Position numbers and translations under genes: made by a program. Source: Zoogloea sp. (GTDB taxonomy: Bacteria > Pseudomonadota > Gammaproteobacteria > Burkholderiales > Rhodocyclaceae). Taken from it: 64,000 nucleotides of DNA. Location of the stretch: the NCBI RefSeq assembly GCF_030157465.1, contig NZ_JAOAUU010000036.1, positions 2,427 through 66,426 on the forward strand, given 5' to 3'. Below are positions 63,101 through 64,000 of this stretch, one piece after another (within the stretch, counting starts at the first letter, position 1; every line of letters starts with the position of its first letter). The notes under the pieces were generated by a model. That model was not told where the DNA came from. It saw only the letters and a program-made list of their open reading frames with translations, and did no database searches.

Positions 63101-64000
63101 ACTGGGCATGCAGGGCCTGGAGAACCAGGATCAGCTCGGCATCCTCAGCGAAGGCGATGGGCTGGCGCAGGTTCGCGTATCGGGTCTCAACGTGTTCTAC
63201 AGCGGCGTGCAGGTGGGCACCATCACCGCCAACGGCGCCAACCACGGCAAGCTGGTGATCGAATTCAACGCCAGCGCCAACGTCGATGCGGTCGAGTCGG
63301 TCATCGAGAACCTCACCTACCAGAACACCTCCAGCAACCCGTTTGCCAGCCGCACCGTATCGCTGCGCCTGACCGACGGTGACGGTGGCGCGAGCGACGC
63401 AAAGTTCATCACCCTCAACGTGACGTCCGCGGTGGATGGCGCCGTGCCCCTGGGGCTGGAAAAGAGCGTCAACACCACGGTGGCCGGCGACCAGAGCGAG
63501 CCCTCGGTGGCGCATCTGGCGGGTGGCGGCTATGTGGTCGTCTGGACGGACCAGGGCGGCGCCGACGGCAGCAACCATGGCGTCTATGCCCAGCGCTACG
63601 ACGCGGACAACAACCCGGTCGGCGTCGAATTCAGGGTCAATACCACCACGACCAACTACCAGTACGAGCCGCAGGTGGTGGGACTGGCCGATGGCGGCTA
63701 TGTCGTGGTGTGGCGCTCCGACGCCCAGGACGGCAGCAGCACCGGCGTCTTTGCGCAGCGCTACGATAACCTGGGGGCGCCCGCGGGTAGCGAGTTCCGT
63801 GTCAATGAAAGCACTCCGGGCGGGCAATACCAGCCCGACGTGGCAGCACTTGCCAGCGGCGGCTTTGTCGTTACCTGGTTCAACGACAACTACGATGTGG
63901 TTCCGGGCACCGGCAGCTATGCCGACGTGTATGTACGCCACTATGCGGCCGACGGCAGCGCCAGCACCGGCCAGATCAAGGCCAATACGCCAACGGCCAG
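51123..64000 (+). CDS. Giant repetitive surface/secreted protein (>4290 aa, 3'-truncated): 7-repeat beta-propeller-like modules alternating with Ig/cadherin-like domains
   Basis: AAGGGG RBS, ATG at 51123 (MAAVYGEERVNYY); same frame still open at 63963 (STGQIKANTPTA); ~55-aa repeat EFRVNTTT.G.Q..P.VA.L..GGFVVVW.S..QDGS..GVYAQRYDA.G; absent from the ORF track because no stop lies in the window. Confidence 0.9.
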   Translation, partial: MAAVYGEERVNYYTTDYQYSPQAAGLVGGGYVLTWISRGQDGAVDGIYAQRYNASGSAVGAEFQVNTQTAGSQVDPAITGLADGGFVIAWSDPNGDGSESGVYAQRYDAAGIAQGGQFRLNTYTASNQDVPDLAAFSTGGFIATWASYGQDGSTYGIYAQRYDAAGTAVGAEFKVNSTTSNEQTEPHVATFGDGSFVVVWRSYLQDGDSYGIYAQRFSAAGLATGSEFRVNTTTASAQYEEQVAALEGGGFVVVWRSEDQDGSNAGVYAQRYQADGSPAGGEFRVNVSTLGGQYQPDISALANGGFAVTWYNDNSDVSGTGSYADVYVREFAADGTPLTGQVKVNTPNGSTSQYEPTIAHIGSDNYVIAWRSDAQDGSNSGIYQQLMGTATELARSEAPTLGDFGGSVSFGENLVNASPQLLDPVVSFTDLDSPSMAGGLVTVFYVSGASAGDQLAISSEGMAAGQISVSGSSVSFGGTVFGSLVGGSNGSNLSVSLNAAATPDAVEALIQRITYGSSDNSPAPTRQIGVRVEDGGGASAMGGLMTINLTKELDGTPAVHGEEQVNTYTPGQQQWPSVATLGDGSYVVAWQSDNQDGSGWGVYAQRFANNGEALGPEQRVNTLTGSDQSWPQIAGLSNGGYVIAWQDNANDGSGWGVFGQRYDANNLAEGDQFRINTTTSGDQYNDSLAAYTDGFAAVWSTSNDIYLQRYSNAGVKQGAETLVSTVPGGGTAQSGAQYLPDVAAYANGNLVIVWTDAGGNDGDSYGVYGRTYNAGTGSFGSSFLVNTTTSSYQGYSNDGNYAPNVAVLSNGDFVVVWPSYNQDSPSTWAVTGQRFDAAGNKLGGEFQVNETLAGSQYIPDVTALSSGGFVVTFYNDNYDIDGTGSTGDVYLREYDAGGNPVDGQRKVNATTVSTQWESAVADLGNGNYAVVWAGYNAEAGTANTYGIFQQLYGDSTELARSASPQLGDFTGTVTFAENAVNAGLQVIDAAVGLSDPDSGNFNGGRLDLYYVQNGSAEDQLGVVSQGSGAGQIGVSGSTVSYGGAVIGTVSGGSNGANLRIDFTSDAASVEAVEALIQHLGYRNADSSPNVSRTLGLRVSDGDGGSSAPSMLTIVVTGDADGTPAVYGEEQVNTYTPGQQQWPSVATLGDGSYVVAWQSDNQDGSGWGVYAQRFANNGEALGPEQRVNTLTGSDQSWPQIAGLSNGGYVIAWQDNANDGSGWGVFGQRYDANNLAEGDQFRINTTTSGDQYNDSLAAYTDGFAAVWSTSNDIYLQRYSNAGVKQGAETLVSTVPGGGTAQSGAQYLPDVAAYANGNLVIVWTDAGGNDGDSYGVYGRTYNAGTGSFGSSFLVNTTTSSYQGYSNDGNYAPNVAVLSNGDFVVVWPSYNQDSPSTWAVTGQRFDAAGNKLGGEFQVNETLAGSQYIPDVTALSSGGFVVTFYNDNYDIDGTGSTGDVYLREYDAGGNPVDGQRKVNATTVSTQWESAVADLGNGNYAVVWAGYNAEAGTANTYGIFQQLYGDSTELARSASPQLGDFTGTVTFAENAVNAGLQVIDAAVGLSDPDSGNFNGGRLDLYYVQNGSAEDQLGVVSQGSGAGQIGVSGSTVSYGGAVIGTVSGGSNGANLRIDFTSDAASVEAVEALIQHLGYRNADSSPNVSRTLGLRVSDGDGGSSAPSMLTIVVTGDADGTPAVYGEEQVNTYTYDYQYAPAVAGLAGGGYVTTWISRSQDGAAGADGIYAQRFLENGEAVGPEFRVNSTTAGNQRDVKVAGLSDGSFVLAWTDQNGNPDGSGYGVYGQRFDAAGNALGGQFLINATSTSSNQEAPAIAAFESGGFVVTWDSSASLANGGDGSGDGVYAQRFNNDGTTNGGMFRVNTTTANSQYESDVAAHADGSFVVSWRSDAQDGSGAGVYFQRYDAAGVALGAETRANTITISSQYEAKIATLAGGGFVIVWRDDGGQDGSANAVFGQRFDAAGNPLGDQFRVNETTSGSQYQPDVVGLDNGGFVVTFYNDNYDLSGSGSTADVYIREYDLNGVAVDGQRKVNTFTGSSQQEPAIAHLGSDNFVVTWRSETQDGSNSGVYQQLFGAAAELPRASANPVLDDFRAQRILVSDAASSFYAGTPQLIDGDVGVQDADSADFDGGSFTVTLLNGATATEALGIRNQGTGTLQIGVAGSDISFAGTVIGSFTGGGAGNSLLTVTLNANATPLAIRGLAQNITYQNTAPPAGTTDRYVSFRLTDGDGGTSNAANVEIQIQPTITPTAVAVDDIETSVTLTEAQAQAGGFLLDNAAQVNYNGAGNFNTGTLTVSYLSSTSRVDDQLGIRNQGSGANEVGVSGTAVSFQGTQIGTLSGTLNGVNGNNLQITWNASATDQGIERVIENLTYGNTSDGPNASRSIRFALTDSSGTASTVRDMQINVTPQIDGASPIFGEQQVNTYEPNEQHVPVTTGLQGVNDGSYVVVWRSNGQDGSSYGIYGQRYDNRGGAVGAEFQVNTQTLGAQYEAEVASLANGGFVVVWRDDSGRDGSGTGIYAQIYGADGARVGGERLINTTTTGSQYEPAVVGLSDGSFVVAYRSDYTGGAYTTDVLARRFDAGGTELTPEFTLNTTTSGTQYNPRLAALAGGQFVVVYGDASGNDGSSYGVFSKVFNANGTEAVAEQLANTTISGQQSGHDVVALTGGGYVATWWSADNHIYGQRFDASGAKVNGEFRISTVDTQPNNNFARVTALDSGGFVVAWDANGYEVYIQQFDASGNKVDGPTQVNTTTASTQYYADVAGLSGSNFVVTWAGYNQEAGGPSTYGIFSQILGAPGSLTRSAAPELVDVATSVTFAENLVNATPQLIDSAVRLSDADSASFNGGQLVVSVVVAGQNQVDTPFSQDQLGIRNAGTGTGQIGVSGSDVSYQGTTIGTIVSGGANGSTLAVNLNANATAGAVEALIEHLTYANSSTNPAATRLVSIQVSDGLGGASVPRTVQINVTPQIDGASPIFGEQQVNTYEPNEQHVPVTTGLQGVNDGSYVVVWRSNGQDGSSYGIYGQRYDNRGGAVGAEFQVNTQTLGAQYEAEVASLANGGFVVVWRDDSGRDGSGTGIYAQIYGADGARVGGERLINTTTTGSQYEPAVVGLSDGSFVVAYRSDYTGGAYTTDVLARRFDAGGTELTPEFTLNTTTSGTQYNPRLAALAGGQFVVVYGDASGNDGSSYGVFSKVFNANGTEAVAEQLANTTISGQQSGHDVVALTGGGYVATWWSADNHIYGQRFDASGAKVNGEFRISTVDTQPNNNFARVTALDSGGFVVAWDANGYEVYIQQFDASGNKVDGPTQVNTTTASTQYYADVAGLSGSNFVVTWAGYNQEAGGPSTYGIFSQILGAPGSLTRSAAPELVDVATSVTFAENLVNATPQLIDSAVRLSDADSASFNGGQLVVSVISGYGNIEQAQLPNSPETQDQFGIRNQGSGAGQVDVSGSNVRYGGIVIGTISSDGLNGHDFVVTFNASATAGAVEAVIENLTYRNVVSNPVASRMVSIQVSDGAGGASAPQVVQINITPEYDGAQPLYQEDSVNTYTPSNQSQPAMARLEDGGYVTVWTSEIQDGWGYGIYGQRYDAAGVAVGNQFQVNDYTPYNQTEPAISSLAGGGFVVVWRDDGGHDGSSYGVFGQRYDAAGLQVGNALLINSHTGSAQYQPSIASVAGGGFIVAWYSDATQDGRPYDVYFQRFDNSGTPLGAETRANASAGFVNSAQYEPAVTVLSDASFVVTWRSESQDGSSSGVYGQRFAADGTALGGEFRVNTYTDSNQLDPSIAALSGGGFVVSWTSYYQDGGGTYGVFAQRYANDGTPLGGEFRVNTTTASNEQQSSVTALANGGFAIVWSNGSEIYAQQYSAGGVAVDGETRIDVLDDNYAIEPAVLGLGNGNFVVSWTDRGDGGGNSYGIYQRVLGNPADFSRQANPVLVDVAQSVTFGENELNLMPRLIDPGVGLYDADSANFAGGRLEVDYISGYGGQDQLGMQGLENQDQLGILSEGDGLAQVRVSGLNVFYSGVQVGTITANGANHGKLVIEFNASANVDAVESVIENLTYQNTSSNPFASRTVSLRLTDGDGGASDAKFITLNVTSAVDGAVPLGLEKSVNTTVAGDQSEPSVAHLAGGGYVVVWTDQGGADGSNHGVYAQRYDADNNPVGVEFRVNTTTTNYQYEPQVVGLADGGYVVVWRSDAQDGSSTGVFAQRYDNLGAPAGSEFRVNESTPGGQYQPDVAALASGGFVVTWFNDNYDVVPGTGSYADVYVRHYAADGSASTGQIKANTPTA
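52812..56224 (+). repeat. Tandem duplication, 1698-bp period (566 aa), two copies plus 17 nt
   Basis: CAGGTGAACACCTACAC at 52812, 54510 and 56208; the two copies looked identical by eye. Confidence 0.92.
58357..61375 (+). repeat. Direct repeat, 1345 bp at 1674-bp period (58357-59701 and 60031-61375)
   Basis: TGCAGATCAACGTGACGCCTCAG at 58357 and 60031; one synonymous difference seen (GGT/GGC); identity ends inside the Ig-like domain. Confidence 0.9.

Noticed and set aside
51039-63941. Two very long minus-strand ORFs (2084 aa and 2179 aa)
   Set aside because: Antisense shadows of the giant plus-strand gene caused by its codon bias; the translations are Val/Ala/Arg/His-rich with no domain logic.
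51123-64000. Short-period repeats as a CRISPR array or DGR template/variable pair
   Set aside because: The repeats are in-frame protein repeats with no constant repeat plus unique spacer pattern; the duplicated copies show no adenine-specific differences; no cas or reverse transcriptase gene is in the window.

Overview
Chromosomal window of a GC-rich betaproteobacterium. It is Rhodocyclales-like, an inference from gene order and the tmRNA tag ANDERFALAA. Left to right it holds: (1) the end of a cbb3 oxidase accessory cluster (ccoG, ccoH, small membrane ORFs), then a divergent uspA/phaC pair around a perfect FNR-type box, a DNA glycosylase and an HD-GYP response regulator; (2) a decayed island at the 3' end of tmRNA that keeps an intact type I Wadjet (jetABCD), while its integrase, a helicase/primase gene and probably an hsdR gene survive only as fused fragments; (3) core housekeeping genes (gph, ubiG, two ompA, amidohydrolase, gyrA, serC-pheA-hisC-tyrA, aroA-cmk fusion, rpsA-ihfB-lapAB-ugd-cysM, tRNA-Val, thrS-infC-rpmI-rplT-pheST-ihfA-merR); (4) an orphan Anbu-like protease, rsgA, an M48 peptidase, orn, a cNMP/CBS/DUF294 nucleotidyltransferase coupled to an apparently dead DEDDh exonuclease, an esterase and a MaoC protein; (5) from 51123 to the window end, a giant + strand ORF of more than 4290 aa that the supplied ORF track omits because it has no stop in the window. 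It is built of 7-repeat propeller-like modules alternating with Ig/cadherin-like domains, carries two near-exact internal duplications, and has a candidate sigma54 promoter plus enhancer upstream. All calls come from reading the sequence and remembered family motifs; no searches were run.
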